Shown: positions 9,191-20,378, numbered from the stretch's first letter. The stretch is DNA of 64,000 nucleotides from Candidatus Entotheonellaceae bacterium (GCA_965238075.1 OZ250173.1:3264001-3328000); one strand, 5' to 3'. Numbers and translations: made by a program. Notes: generated from the letters alone by a model not told the origin.

Positions 9191-10777
9191 GTGAACAGCG
9201 TGGTCAAACCTTCCCTGGCGCAACGCATCGCGGCCTTGGCTGAGGAGGCCGACGCTGACGTGCGGCATTTGCGTCGGGAGTACGCGGATTTCGACAAGTT
9301 CATTACGCAGCGATTCCAGCGATTCGACGGAGTGCAGCAACGGGTCGTTCTGGCGGCCCTGCGAGCTGACGAAGCGGCTGATCTGATGCCGATGCTGGAA
9401 CGGTGGAGCCGCGCTTCCGATGTATCCCTGGTGGTTCGGGCTGAGACCCTTGCGGTCCTGGAGACTCTGGGAGGGCCGGTGGATACGGACTACCTTGAGG
9501 CGCTGCGGCAAGCGGCCGGGGTGGTGCGGCAACTGGGCGCGGACGAGCCGCCGGAACTTACCGACGACGAGACGCTGACCGCGCCGCTGGCAACCTCGGT
9601 CTTAGCTTTGCCCCTGACACTGGTGGTGGACGTGGCGCGGCAGGTTGCCTTGAGCGATCCGGCACGAGGATTGGCGGTGCTGCGCACGGTGCGGCCGGGG
9701 GTTGAGGCATCGGATTTGCCAGCGCTGGTGGACGGGCTTGCTACCATCCCGCTGACCAGCAGTGCCATGTTACTGATGGACATTCTCTCGGAATCCCCTC
9801 CCAAAGCCTTGCAAAAGGCCATCAAGAAAGCCCTGCATCGCCTCAAGTCGCGGGGCGTCGTCTTCAACGAAAATCAGGCACCGCGCCGCGTTGTGCTAGG
9901 CGGCACAGCAAGTCACTTGGAGCGCTGCCTGGCAAGCTTCATCGACGGCTCCGGGGACCGTATGATCCTGATGATCCGCACCCGACCGGGTGGTGGCTAT
10001 CAGATGGCTTATCTGGTTCTCAACTACGGCACGGGCATACGTTTTGCCAGGGCACTCCAGATGAGCCGGCGCGAGTTGCCCGAGATGCTCGAGTCGGTAC
10101 AAGCGCAGGCGCCGCTTATCGATCTGGACCCCGCCCACTGCCAGCGTCAGATCGCCCTGGTGCAGCAGATGAACCTCGCCACGCGAACGCCCGTGCCGGA
10201 GGAATTCTTCATGCTGCGCGACCTCATAGGCGAGCCGGAGACGATGCCGGAAACCGGTGCGATTTACGAGGCCCTCAGCCCGGAAGAACTGGAATTGGCC
10301 AGAGCGCAGGACGCCCACGCCAGCGACCTGCTGGAACTGCCGGAGCTGGCCGGTTGGACCCTGCCGGAGTCGGTGGTGCAGCCGTACGCTGACGCCTTGG
10401 CGGAGATCGACGAAAGCAAGATTGTGGTCAGCGAGGCGATGCAGCACGAGCGAGTTGATCGCGTCTTCGCGAGCGCCATGCAAGAGGTGCTGGGGGAAGA
10501 ATCGCGCGCCATCATGCGTTTGCGCTTAGAGGAAACGGCTTTTTACTTCCTGCAAACGGAGCGGCGCATGGAGGCCCTGTGGGCTTTGGTGGCGGCGGAG
10601 TCTATGCTCGATGACAACCTGGACCGCCTGCGCCTCAATCCCTTCGCCGGTGCGTTATTGGAACGCAGCCTGGAAGGCGCCAAGAAGCGGCCGGGAAGCC
10701 GCATCGTGATGCCCTTCTCTATACCTTCTGCCGGTGCGCCGGCTGACCCGAGCGGTGCGCCGCGTCTGATCATTTAG
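9191..10777 (+). CDS. Hypothetical protein (528 aa, largely helical)
   Basis: Long ORF with genome-typical codon usage; no motif recognised. Confidence 0.75.
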   Translation: MNSVVKPSLAQRIAALAEEADADVRHLRREYADFDKFITQRFQRFDGVQQRVVLAALRADEAADLMPMLERWSRASDVSLVVRAETLAVLETLGGPVDTDYLEALRQAAGVVRQLGADEPPELTDDETLTAPLATSVLALPLTLVVDVARQVALSDPARGLAVLRTVRPGVEASDLPALVDGLATIPLTSSAMLLMDILSESPPKALQKAIKKALHRLKSRGVVFNENQAPRRVVLGGTASHLERCLASFIDGSGDRMILMIRTRPGGGYQMAYLVLNYGTGIRFARALQMSRRELPEMLESVQAQAPLIDLDPAHCQRQIALVQQMNLATRTPVPEEFFMLRDLIGEPETMPETGAIYEALSPEELELARAQDAHASDLLELPELAGWTLPESVVQPYADALAEIDESKIVVSEAMQHERVDRVFASAMQEVLGEESRAIMRLRLEETAFYFLQTERRMEALWALVAAESMLDDNLDRLRLNPFAGALLERSLEGAKKRPGSRIVMPFSIPSAGAPADPSGAPRLII

Positions 10778-10821
10778 TTGGTTTACTCACGCTCTCTGTC
10801 TGCCGATAAGGATGTTCAGCA

Positions 10822-11210
10822 ATGAACCACTCGCGTGACCGAGATTCCACCGGCTTCCTCGGCCATCGCCGCAGCTTATTTCGAGTCGCAGATGGGGTTG
10901 ACGACCGATTGCTGGGACGGGCATGAATCAATGAATGAGGGCACGCGGATTTCGTGTTGCTTGACGTGCGCAGCCGTGAGAATTTCCGGGAAGGTCATGT
11001 ACCGGGAAGCGTCGGCCTGCCGCACGCGGAGATTTCCGAAGCGGAGATGGGAAAATACCGTCGGATACCATCTTCGTTGTTTATTGTGCCGGACCGCACT
11101 GCAACGGCGCGTATCGTGAACGATCCGACTGGCTCACCTCGGCAGGCCCGTAAAAATGATGATCGGAGGGGTTACGGGTTAGCTGGCCGAGGGCTTTTCC
11201 TTGGAGGCCG
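10822..11210 (+). pseudogene. Rhodanese-like sulfurtransferase, multiply frameshifted
   Basis: Pieces in different frames: VTEIPPAS...TDCWD; DFVLLDVRS...GHVPG; FVVYCAGPHCNGA; GRPVKMMIGGVTG*LAEGF. Confidence 0.8.
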
Positions 11211-11249
11211 GTTAAGGCCCGTTGTTGGCGTCACATCAGGAGGTTCACC

Positions 11250-12356
11250 GTGTTGATTCATCGTAAGCTCGTCTCCTGCCGCGCGGTCAGCCGTGCCGGT
11301 CTCCTGCTGATCGGCCTCGCGTTTCTGGCGGCCAGCGCGGCCGGTGTGGAAGCCCAGCGGCTGTGGACCGAACAGGCTGCCGGGCAACCTGCCCTGCCGA
11401 CCCTGCAGCAACTGAACGACGCCTTGTTGGACCTGACCGAACAAGTGCTGCCGGCGATCATCAGCCTGCAGGTGCGTGGCGACGAGGGCGCTGCTCCCGA
11501 CTTGCCGCGCAACCACCCCCCGGTGCCGGACCCCAGCATGCCAATCACTGGTAGCGGCTTTATCATCAAGGCCAATGGGCTGGCGATCACCAACCAGCAC
11601 GTGGTACAAGACAAGGAAGACATTCACGTCCGCCTTTTTGACGGCACCCAGGCCCGCGCCAAGGTGTTGGGACGGGACACAATTGGCGACATGGCGCTGT
11701 TGCAGATCGAAACCGAAACCCCGCTGCCTGTTGTGCCGCTGGGGGATTCGGACGCACTGCAGGTCGGCGAATTTGTCGTGGCTATCGGCAGCCCGTTCGG
11801 CTTTGAGAACTCGGTGACGTTCGGGATGATCAGCGGCAAGCGGCGCAATTTCCTGCGCTCCAGCGCGGTCGGCGGCTACCTGCAAACGGACGCCTCCATC
11901 AACACCGGTAACAGCGGCGGGCCGCTCCTGAACATGCGCGGTGAGGTGGTTGGCGTGAACACCGCCACCATCCGGCGCGGCGTCATGGGTTTCGCCATTC
12001 CGATCAACGCCGTCAAAGCCTCGCTTGCGCAGCTTCATGATTACGGCCATGTAAAGCGCGCTTACCTGGGCGTGCGCATCGACCCGCTCGACCGTGACAT
12101 GATCATCCGCCTGGGGCTTGAATCGCCGCGCGGCGCCTATATACATGAGGTTCTGAAAGGCCAGCCGGCGCAGCAGGCCGGCCTCGCCATCGGCGACATC
12201 ATCGTCGGCTTCGACGGTCGTGAGGTGAATTCGCCCTTCGATCTGCAAACGGCTGTTGCGGCCAGCCCAATCGGCAAGAAGGTGCGGATCGAATTTCTGC
12301 GCCAGCAGGAGCGTCAGACAGTCGAATTGGCGCTGGGCGAAATGCCGGAAAACTGA
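11250..12356 (+). CDS. HtrA/DegP-family serine protease with one PDZ domain
   Basis: Signal peptide, GSGFII, TNQHVV, QTDASINTGNSGGPL, C-terminal PDZ. Confidence 0.93.
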   Translation: MLIHRKLVSCRAVSRAGLLLIGLAFLAASAAGVEAQRLWTEQAAGQPALPTLQQLNDALLDLTEQVLPAIISLQVRGDEGAAPDLPRNHPPVPDPSMPITGSGFIIKANGLAITNQHVVQDKEDIHVRLFDGTQARAKVLGRDTIGDMALLQIETETPLPVVPLGDSDALQVGEFVVAIGSPFGFENSVTFGMISGKRRNFLRSSAVGGYLQTDASINTGNSGGPLLNMRGEVVGVNTATIRRGVMGFAIPINAVKASLAQLHDYGHVKRAYLGVRIDPLDRDMIIRLGLESPRGAYIHEVLKGQPAQQAGLAIGDIIVGFDGREVNSPFDLQTAVAASPIGKKVRIEFLRQQERQTVELALGEMPEN

Positions 12357-12427
12357 CAGCCATCGTCAACCGTAGACTCCGCTTGGTATCCAACGCGGCT
12401 TGGCGGGTTTGTGGAAAGGACGACATC

Positions 12428-14641
12428 ATGGCCCAAAGTGACGGCACGGCAGCGGCGTCGCGACTTCTCATCGTCTCCAATCGCCTGCCGGTTACCATCC
12501 ACCAAGATGGCGACGAATTCACCGTTGAGCGCAGTTCTGGCGGTTTAGCCACTGCGCTCTCCCACCCACACGCAGCGGGCAACAGTCTGTGGCTCGGCTG
12601 GCCCGGCAGCGCTTACGAGTCGGCTGACGACCGTCGCCGACTGACCCGCCTTCTGCATGACACCTATCGCTTCTCTCCCGTCTACCTCACCGACGAGCAG
12701 GTTCAACGGTATTACTACGGATTCAGCAACGGCGCGCTATGGCCGCTGTGCCACTTCTTTGAAGCGCACGTAGTCTACGACGATGACGAGTGGGAGGCCT
12801 ACGTGCAGGTCAACCGCTTGTTCTGCGACGTGGTGGCCGAGGAGGTGCGCGGCGACGAGCTGATCTGGGTGCACGATTACCACCTTTTCCTGCTGCCCGA
12901 CATGCTGCGCCAACGTTTTCCCGAGGCCAGAATCGGCTTTTTCCTGCATACCCCCTTCCCGCCTTCCGAGCTCTTCCGCGTGCTGCCCTGCCGCGAGGTC
13001 CTGCTGCGCGGCCTGCTGGGCGCTGACGTGGTGGGCTTCCAGACGTTCAACAACCTGCAGAACTTCCTATACTCCGTGTACCGGGTGCTGGGCATTGCCG
13101 CCGACATGAACGCGCTGTCCTACGAAGGGCGCCCGGTGCGCTGCGCGGTGCACCCCATCAGTGTCGATCCCAAGCAGTTCCTCCAGGCGCTGGATTCGGA
13201 TAGCGACACGCTTGAGGAGTCCCGGCGGTTGGATGAGGCAATGGAAGACCGCAAGGTCATTCTGGGCATGGACCGGCTGGACTATTCCAAGGGCATTCCA
13301 GGCCGCTTGCGCGCCTATCAGCGTCTGCTCGGGGCGCACCCCGAGTGGCGGGGGGCGGTGACCCTGGTGCAGGTGGCGGTGCCGTCGCGCGAGCAAGTGA
13401 CGGCCTATCAGGACCTGCGGCGCCAGGTGGACGAATTGGTGGGCGAGATCAACGGCACCTACGGCACCACCACCTGGACGCCGGTGCAATACGTGCACCG
13501 TAATCTGCCGTTTGCCGAGATCTGCGCCCTGCTGCGCCGGGCTGACATCGCGCTGATCACGCCGTTGCGCGACGGCATGAACCTGGTTGCCAAGGAATAC
13601 GCCGTGTGCCAGAAGGAGCGCGCCGGGGCGCTGATTCTCAGCGAATTTGCCGGGGCCTCATCGGAGTTGGGCGAGGCGTTCTTCGTCAATCCCTACGACA
13701 TCGAGGCCATGGCGGCACGCATACACGAAGTGCTGTCGTCGTCCGACGAGGCGCTGGCCGACAGGATGGGCGCCTTGCACCGGCGCGTTTGTGAGCATAC
13801 GGTGCACGTTTGGGCGCAGAAATTCCTGGACGAGTTGGCAAGTGTGCAGACGCAGCGCACGCCGTGTGTGCTGAACGATACCGCGCAGCGGCGGTTGCTC
13901 GTCACCTATGCCAAGGCGGAGAAGCGCGTCCTGCTACTGGGGTATGACGGCGCTCCGGCCTCGTCCGTGGAACGCTGGTACCGCACCGCGTCGGGTGCCG
14001 ATCTGTTGGATGCCTTGCAGACGGTGAGCCACGACGCGCGCAACACCGTGGCCGTTTTAAGCCGGCGGGACCGAGATACCATGGCGAACTGGTTCGGCTC
14101 GTGCGGTGCTATTCTGGTGGCCGAGGACGGCGGCTGGATTCGGGAGAGCCCGCAGGTGCCCTGGCGACAGACCTTGCCGGACTTGGATGACGATTGGAAG
14201 GCCACGGTAAGGCCGATTTTGGAGGACGCGGTGGCGCGCATCCCCGGTTCCGCGTTGGAAGAGGGGGGTCATTCGCTCGGCTGGCAGTATCATCTCGCCG
14301 ACCCCGAGTTCGGCCTGTGGCAGGCGCACGAGCTTTGCGGCCAATTACAAGCCATGCTGGCCGGCAGCGGTCTCCAGATGCAGCGGGGCAACAAGTTGGT
14401 GGAGATCACGTGGGCCGAGATTCACAAGGGCATGGTCGGGGCGCAGATCATCGCCGCTGCCGGGGCGGATTTCATCATGGCCGTTGGCGGGCAACACTCC
14501 GACGAGGCTCTCTTCGAGTCGGTGCCGCCGGAACAATGGACAATCAAGACGGGGACGGGATTCTCCAGGGCGCAATTCGTTTTGCCAACGACGGCTGATG
14601 CCGTCGCCCTGCTGCAAACGCTGGCCGAGCTTTCCGCGTAG
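12428..14641 (+). CDS. Fused trehalose-6-phosphate synthase / phosphatase-like protein
   Basis: SNRLP, WVHDYHL, GFFLHTPFP, DRLDYSKGI, RDGMNLVAKEY; C-terminal HAD-like TPP domain with degenerate motifs. Confidence 0.92.
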   Translation: MAQSDGTAAASRLLIVSNRLPVTIHQDGDEFTVERSSGGLATALSHPHAAGNSLWLGWPGSAYESADDRRRLTRLLHDTYRFSPVYLTDEQVQRYYYGFSNGALWPLCHFFEAHVVYDDDEWEAYVQVNRLFCDVVAEEVRGDELIWVHDYHLFLLPDMLRQRFPEARIGFFLHTPFPPSELFRVLPCREVLLRGLLGADVVGFQTFNNLQNFLYSVYRVLGIAADMNALSYEGRPVRCAVHPISVDPKQFLQALDSDSDTLEESRRLDEAMEDRKVILGMDRLDYSKGIPGRLRAYQRLLGAHPEWRGAVTLVQVAVPSREQVTAYQDLRRQVDELVGEINGTYGTTTWTPVQYVHRNLPFAEICALLRRADIALITPLRDGMNLVAKEYAVCQKERAGALILSEFAGASSELGEAFFVNPYDIEAMAARIHEVLSSSDEALADRMGALHRRVCEHTVHVWAQKFLDELASVQTQRTPCVLNDTAQRRLLVTYAKAEKRVLLLGYDGAPASSVERWYRTASGADLLDALQTVSHDARNTVAVLSRRDRDTMANWFGSCGAILVAEDGGWIRESPQVPWRQTLPDLDDDWKATVRPILEDAVARIPGSALEEGGHSLGWQYHLADPEFGLWQAHELCGQLQAMLAGSGLQMQRGNKLVEITWAEIHKGMVGAQIIAAAGADFIMAVGGQHSDEALFESVPPEQWTIKTGTGFSRAQFVLPTTADAVALLQTLAELSA

Positions 14642-14643
14642 GG

Positions 14644-15627
14644 TCAGGGCCGCAGCGCGTCGGCCACCTGCATGTAATCTTCCAGACGCGGCAGCAGCAA
14701 GGGTTCATCGACACCGGCGGCACGGTACTCGGCGATGCGGGCCCTACACGTTGCGGCGTCGCCGATCAGGTAAAACGCTTCCACCATGTCATCGCTGATC
14801 AGTTCGACCACAGCGGCATCGGTGTGGGACGCAGCAGCCCGCAGGGGCTTGAGAATGTCGGCGTCGAAGCCGCCCTGCGCCAATAGAATTTCGCCCACGT
14901 GGGGCTCGGCGAGGAGGCGCACCAGGCGCTGCTTGAGGCCGGGAATGAGTGCTCCGGCGTCCGGCGTCAGCCGTACGACGAGCATGCAGGTAATGTCGAT
15001 GGTTTCGGGATGACGCCCCGCTTGGCGGGCGGCTTCCCGAATTTCCCGCACGGCATAGCGCACGTAGCCGGTCGGCACGTAGGCGTTGAGGATGACGCCG
15101 TCGGCAACGGTACCAGCCAGCCGCAGGGCCTGCGGGCCCAGGGCGGCGAGATAGATGGGCATCGGCTGCTGCACGGGCAGAATGGCGAGGCGGGTGTCGC
15201 GCATGGTGACCTGCCCGCCGGTGGTGTCCACTCGATTGCCGGCGAGCAGGTCCCGGATGTTGCCGACGGCCTCGGCGAGCACGGTGCGCGGCTGGCGGTA
15301 GTCGAGTCCCAGGCGGTCGCGAATGATGAAGGGTTCACTCCTTCCCATTCCCAGAATGAACCGCCCGCCGGATACGCGATCCAAGGTCGCACTGGCCATC
15401 GCAAGCAGGGCCGGATGCCGGGTGTAGGGATTGATGACCCCTACCCCCAGTTTCAAGCGTTGCGTCACCGCGGCCAGAAAGCCGAGAAGCGTGAAGGTTT
15501 CCTCGTGAAAGTAGCGCTCGGTCACCCACAACGACTCGTACCCTGCCGTTTCTGCCGCGCGGGCATATGATTCCAGCGCCGCGCCGCTCTCAAGACCGTG
15601 ATAGAGCACCATGCCGAGTCGGGCCAT
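14644..15627 (-). CDS. LLM-class (luciferase-like, possibly F420-dependent) oxidoreductase
   Basis: AETAGYESLWVTE, TRHPALLAMASATLDRVSGGRFILGMG, ADGVIL. Confidence 0.88.
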   Translation of the reverse strand: MARLGMVLYHGLESGAALESYARAAETAGYESLWVTERYFHEETFTLLGFLAAVTQRLKLGVGVINPYTRHPALLAMASATLDRVSGGRFILGMGRSEPFIIRDRLGLDYRQPRTVLAEAVGNIRDLLAGNRVDTTGGQVTMRDTRLAILPVQQPMPIYLAALGPQALRLAGTVADGVILNAYVPTGYVRYAVREIREAARQAGRHPETIDITCMLVVRLTPDAGALIPGLKQRLVRLLAEPHVGEILLAQGGFDADILKPLRAAASHTDAAVVELISDDMVEAFYLIGDAATCRARIAEYRAAGVDEPLLLPRLEDYMQVADALRP

Positions 15628-15752
15628 GCGATTTCTCCCCTACAAAGCTTACTAGACAGAGGCCGCTGCGATAGGTGTGGATAACGTGCATTTGTTATTA
15701 TAGCTGCGACCTTTCTGCCCGCCATTACCAGAGACTGGAGCGACCCCTGTTG

Positions 15753-17303
15753 ATGGAAACCCGGATCGGTGTTGCCGATGGACTGGATTTGTTGATGAAC
15801 GTGATGCCCACGCGTATTCGGGTGGCACTGGAAGGCCACCCGCAGCGTGAGGAGCTGCTGGAGGTTGTGCTTGACCTGGGGCGTCTGCCCGAGGCGCGTT
15901 TTACGGATTCTAAAGAGGCGCTGTCGCAGACACAGGTGATACGCGAGGACCTGGACCACGTGACGGCGCATGTAGGGGCGTTCGGCCAGGATAACCGCGC
16001 CGGCGTTGAACGCACCCTGCACCGCATCTCGGCTATCCGCAATCGCGCTGGGGCCATTGTCGGCTTGACCTGCCGGGTCGGGCGTGCCCTGTTCGGCACG
16101 GTTGCCATCCTGCGCGACGTGATCGAAAGCGGCAAATCGCTGCTGCTGTTGGGACGGCCTGGGGTTGGCAAGACAACGCTGCTCCGCGAAGCCGCGCGGA
16201 CGCTGGCGGACGAGGTGGGCAAGCGCGTCGTCATCGTCGACACGTCCAACGAAATTGCCGGCGACGGCGATATCCCGCATCCCGGCATCGGGCAGGCGCG
16301 GCGCATGCAGGTGCCGATGCCGAGCACGCAGCACGCGGTAATGATCGAGGCGGTGGAGAATCACATGCCGGAGGTGATCGTCATCGACGAAATCGGCACC
16401 GAAGCAGAGGCGCTGGCCGCTCGCACGATTGCCGAGCGCGGCGTGCAGCTCATTGCCACGGCGCACGGCAACACCCTCGAAAACCTCGTCCGCAATCCCA
16501 CCCTCGCCGACCTCGTTGGCGGTATTCAGGCCGTCACCCTCTCCGACGAAGAAGCCCGCCGCCGCCGCACCCGCAAGACCGTTCTGGAGCGTAAGGCGCC
16601 GCCGACGTTCGACGTGCTGATTGAAATTCAGGAACGCGACAGATTGGCCGTGCATCACGACGTGGCTCAAGTGGTCGACGGGCTGCTGCGCGGCCACGGC
16701 CACGGCCCGGAATTGCGCGTACGGAAAGCGGAAGGCGGCTTTGAGGTGATGCCGCCGCCGGGTCCCATTCTGCAGGAGCCGCACTATCCGGACGCGCCGC
16801 CTCCACCCCGCCGGCAGCACCATCGCATCTTTCCCTATGCTGTGAATCGCGGACGCTTGCAGAGGGCTATTCAGAACAGCCGGGTGGCGGCCTCGGTGGT
16901 CGACGACCCCGATCAGGCCGACGTCGTTCTGACGCTGAAATCTCAGGAGAAGCGCCAGCCCAAGCGCCTGCAGGAAGCGCGCGCCCGCGGCATGCCCTTC
17001 TACAGCATCCGTCACAACACGGCCACACAGATGGAGTTGTTCCTCGCCGAGGTCGGCCACCGTGCCGAGGGGCGCGACCATCGTGCCAATAAGCAGGACC
17101 GCAGCCATCAGACGGAGATGGCCCGGCTGGAAGCGGAGGCCGCCGCGCATGAGGTCATGGCCAGCGGCCGCCCGGTGGAGTTGGCGCCGCGCAATGCCTA
17201 CCTGCGGCGGGTGCAGCACGAACTCGCGGGGCTGTATGAACTGAATTCGGAAAGCAAGGACATCGAGCCGTATCGCCGCGTCATCATTTATCCAAGGGCT
17301 TGA
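15753..17303 (+). CDS. Ycf45/SpoIIIAA-like AAA ATPase with C-terminal R3H domain
   Basis: [40 protein letters not shown]. Confidence 0.9.
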   Translation: METRIGVADGLDLLMNVMPTRIRVALEGHPQREELLEVVLDLGRLPEARFTDSKEALSQTQVIREDLDHVTAHVGAFGQDNRAGVERTLHRISAIRNRAGAIVGLTCRVGRALFGTVAILRDVIESGKSLLLLGRPGVGKTTLLREAARTLADEVGKRVVIVDTSNEIAGDGDIPHPGIGQARRMQVPMPSTQHAVMIEAVENHMPEVIVIDEIGTEAEALAARTIAERGVQLIATAHGNTLENLVRNPTLADLVGGIQAVTLSDEEARRRRTRKTVLERKAPPTFDVLIEIQERDRLAVHHDVAQVVDGLLRGHGHGPELRVRKAEGGFEVMPPPGPILQEPHYPDAPPPPRRQHHRIFPYAVNRGRLQRAIQNSRVAASVVDDPDQADVVLTLKSQEKRQPKRLQEARARGMPFYSIRHNTATQMELFLAEVGHRAEGRDHRANKQDRSHQTEMARLEAEAAAHEVMASGRPVELAPRNAYLRRVQHELAGLYELNSESKDIEPYRRVIIYPRA

Positions 17304-17320
17304 AAGGATACAGGGGCATC

Positions 17321-18487
17321 ATGGTAGACATTCACATCACCCTCACCGAGGAGCAACAGGCGCTGAAAAAGGCTGTCGCGGACCTGTGCCAACTCTATCC
17401 GGGGTCGTACTGGCGGGAATTGGACGCCAAGCGCGAGTATCCCGAGGCGTTCGTGCAGGAGTTGAGCAAGGCGGGCTATCTCGCGGCGCTGATCCCGGAG
17501 GCCTACGGCGGCAGTGGCCTGGGCATCCTCGAGGGTGGCCTGATCCTGGAGGAGATCAATCACTCCGGCGGCAACGCGGCGGCCTGTCACGCGCAGATGT
17601 ACATCATGGGCACCCTGCTGCGGCACGGCTCGGACGAGCAAAAGGCGCGCTATCTGCCGCAGATTGCCAACGGCGCCTTGCGGCTGCAGGCGTTCGGGGT
17701 GACGGAGCCGAATTCCGGTTCTGATACGACGCAACTGCAAACGACGGCGGTGCGGCAAGGTGACGTGTACGTGGTCAACGGCCAGAAAATCTTCATTTCG
17801 CGTGTCATGCAGTCGGATCTGATGCTGTTGCTGGCGCGCACGACGCCGCTGAGCGAGGTTCGCAAACGCACGGACGGGCTGTCCGTGTTTCTGATCGACA
17901 TCCGCGACCTGCCGGGCTTTGAGGCGCGGCCCCTGCAGACGATGCTGAATCATTCCACCAACGTGCTGTTTTTTGACGGCGTAGAAATCCCGGCGGACAG
18001 CTTGGTCGGCGTCGAGGGCAAGGGGTTTTCGCACATCCTGGACGGCATGAACGCGGAGCGCGTGCTGGTGGCCTCGCAGTCGGTCGGCGACGGGCGTTGG
18101 TTCGTGGAAAAGGCGTCGCAGTACGCCAAGGAACGCGTCGTTTTCGGCAAGCCGATCGGTGCCAACCAGGGGGTGCAATTTCCGATTGCCAAGGCGCACA
18201 TGGCCGTCGAAGCGGCCGACCTGATGCGCCTCAAGGCAGCGGCGATGTTCGACGCCGGCGAGCCGTGCGGCCCGGAGGCCAACATGGCGAAATACCTGTC
18301 GTCCGAGGCGGCCTGGGAGGCGGCCAATGCCTGCCTGGACTGCCACGGCGGCTACGGTTTTGCGTCGGAGTACGATGTGGAGCGCAAGTTTCGCGAGACG
18401 CGCCTGTACAAAACGGCGCCAGTCAGCAACAACCTGGTACTGGCCTACGTTGGGCAGCACGTGCTGGGGATGCCGCGCTCTTACTGA
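17321..18487 (+). CDS. Acyl-CoA dehydrogenase
   Basis: FGVTEPNSGSDT, NGQKIFIS, FGKPIGANQGVQF, HGGYGFASEYDVERKFRE. Confidence 0.93.
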   Translation: MVDIHITLTEEQQALKKAVADLCQLYPGSYWRELDAKREYPEAFVQELSKAGYLAALIPEAYGGSGLGILEGGLILEEINHSGGNAAACHAQMYIMGTLLRHGSDEQKARYLPQIANGALRLQAFGVTEPNSGSDTTQLQTTAVRQGDVYVVNGQKIFISRVMQSDLMLLLARTTPLSEVRKRTDGLSVFLIDIRDLPGFEARPLQTMLNHSTNVLFFDGVEIPADSLVGVEGKGFSHILDGMNAERVLVASQSVGDGRWFVEKASQYAKERVVFGKPIGANQGVQFPIAKAHMAVEAADLMRLKAAAMFDAGEPCGPEANMAKYLSSEAAWEAANACLDCHGGYGFASEYDVERKFRETRLYKTAPVSNNLVLAYVGQHVLGMPRSY

Positions 18488-18515
18488 CAGCGGCTTTTCA
18501 TCATGAGGAAACGAT

Positions 18516-19463
18516 ATGTCGATGCCAGAGCGAGTTACGATTTGCGAGGTGGGAACGCGGGACGGGTTCCAGATCGAGCCGGAGTTCATTGCCACCGAGA
18601 CAAAGATCGATGTGGTGAATCGTCTCACCGCGGCGGGCCTGCCGCGCATTGAGGTCACGTCATTCGTGCACCCCAAGGTGGTGCCGCAGATGCGGGACGC
18701 TGCCGAGGTGATGGCGGGCATCGAGCGCCGGCCGGGCACGGTGTATGCCGCTTTGATTCCCAATGAGAAGGGTGCCGTTCGGGCCATCGAGGCGGGAGTG
18801 GACAAGCTGCATACGGTGCTGTCGGCGAGCGAGAGCCATAATCTCGCCAACGTCAACATGACGGTAGCCGAATCGCTGGACAAGCTGGCCGCGCTGGCGC
18901 CGGTGGCGCGCGATGCCGGCATCCCGGTGCAGGGCGGCATCTCGACGGTTTTCGGTTGCCCGTTTGAGGGCCGCATTCCGTTGAAAAAACTGGAATCCAT
19001 TGCGGCGCGGCTGGTCGATCTGGGCTTTCAGGGCATCAGCCTGGCGGATACGACGGGTATGGCCAACCCGGCGCAAGTGCAAAGGATTCTGGAGTATCTG
19101 ATGCCCAAGTTTCCGGGCATTGAGTGGAACCTGCATACCCATAACACGCGGGGCATGGCGATCTCCAACATCCTGGCTGCGATGTCGTGCGGGGTGCAGT
19201 CTTTCGATTCATCGGTGGCAGGCCTGGGCGGCTGTCCGTTTGCCCCCGGCGCGACCGGCAACGTTTGTACCGAGGACCTGGTGCACTGCCTGCACGCCAT
19301 GGACGTGGAGACGGGGATCGATCTCGACGAGTTGGTCGCCGCGGCGCAGCGTCTCGAGGAGGTGATCGGCCGCCCGTTGCCGGGCCAGGTTATGAAGGCG
19401 GGGCCGTGGGACCGCCGCTACGCCCTGCCGCACGCGGTTGAAGAGCGTCTCGCTGCGCTCTGA
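18516..19463 (+). CDS. Hydroxymethylglutaryl-CoA lyase family
   Basis: EVGTRDGFQ, LADTTG, HTHNTRG, GLGGCPFAPGATGNVCTED. Confidence 0.92.
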   Translation: MSMPERVTICEVGTRDGFQIEPEFIATETKIDVVNRLTAAGLPRIEVTSFVHPKVVPQMRDAAEVMAGIERRPGTVYAALIPNEKGAVRAIEAGVDKLHTVLSASESHNLANVNMTVAESLDKLAALAPVARDAGIPVQGGISTVFGCPFEGRIPLKKLESIAARLVDLGFQGISLADTTGMANPAQVQRILEYLMPKFPGIEWNLHTHNTRGMAISNILAAMSCGVQSFDSSVAGLGGCPFAPGATGNVCTEDLVHCLHAMDVETGIDLDELVAAAQRLEEVIGRPLPGQVMKAGPWDRRYALPHAVEERLAAL

Positions 19464-19476
19464 TGCGCGCGGTGTT

Positions 19477-20277
19477 TTATCTTCCTTTGAAACTAGGTGC
19501 CCGGCGTTCCGTGAATGAGGCCCGCGACTCCTCGACGTCATGCGGCGCGCGGCGCGCCAGGATCAGCCCGTAGGATTCGTGGCGCAGTTGCGCTTCCAGG
19601 TCGGCTTCCATGCTCTGCTGCAGGACGCGGCGCGCGGTCTGCATGGCCACCGGTGGCCAGGAGGTGATCTGCCGTGCCACCGCCAGGGCCTCGTCCAGAA
19701 GGTTCTCGGCGGGCACCAGGCGGTCGAGCAGGCCGATACGATGCGCCTCCTCGGCTTCCACGAAGCGGCTGGTGTAGATCAAGTCGCAAGCGCGGCTGTA
19801 TCCGACGATGCGCGGCAGGAAGAACGACATGCCGGAGTCCGGACTCAGGCTGCGTTCGAGGAACACCGTTTTGAAACGTGTGAGCGGCGAGCCGACCCGC
19901 AGGTCGCAGGCCAATGCCAGGGACATACCGGCTCCGGCCGCGACGCCGTTGACCGCGGCCACGATGGGCTTGTCCAGGGTGCGGTAGACGGCCATGGCTT
20001 GGCGCCCGGTCCAGCCGTACATGTCGAGGCGCTCCTGACGGCTGCCGATGTCGTCCGTGGCGGACACCGCGGCGCGTAGGTCGACGCCGGAGCAAAATCC
20101 CCTCCCCTCGCCGGTGAGCACCACCGCCCAGATGTCGTCATTATGGCGTATATCCTGACAGGCCTGCTCCAGTTCTTGGCGCAGGTCCAGGCTGAGGGCG
20201 TTCAGTCGGTCGGGGCGGTTCAAGGTCAAAATTGCGATTTTATCCTGTCGTTCGATTCGTAAAACGTGGTCGGCCAT
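19477..20277 (-). CDS. Enoyl-CoA hydratase/isomerase
   Basis: LNRPDRLNAL, GRGFCSGVDL, KPIVAAVNGVAAGAG. Confidence 0.92.
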   Translation of the reverse strand: MADHVLRIERQDKIAILTLNRPDRLNALSLDLRQELEQACQDIRHNDDIWAVVLTGEGRGFCSGVDLRAAVSATDDIGSRQERLDMYGWTGRQAMAVYRTLDKPIVAAVNGVAAGAGMSLALACDLRVGSPLTRFKTVFLERSLSPDSGMSFFLPRIVGYSRACDLIYTSRFVEAEEAHRIGLLDRLVPAENLLDEALAVARQITSWPPVAMQTARRVLQQSMEADLEAQLRHESYGLILARRAPHDVEESRASFTERRAPSFKGR

Positions 20278-20378
20278 GTACGTTCCTTCGGTTGCGCTGG
20301 TGCAGTGCTGAGGCTGTTTTCAGATGAGAAGGCACCCATTTTAGCACGCGATACGGTGCGAGCCGTGGAGATCAACTG

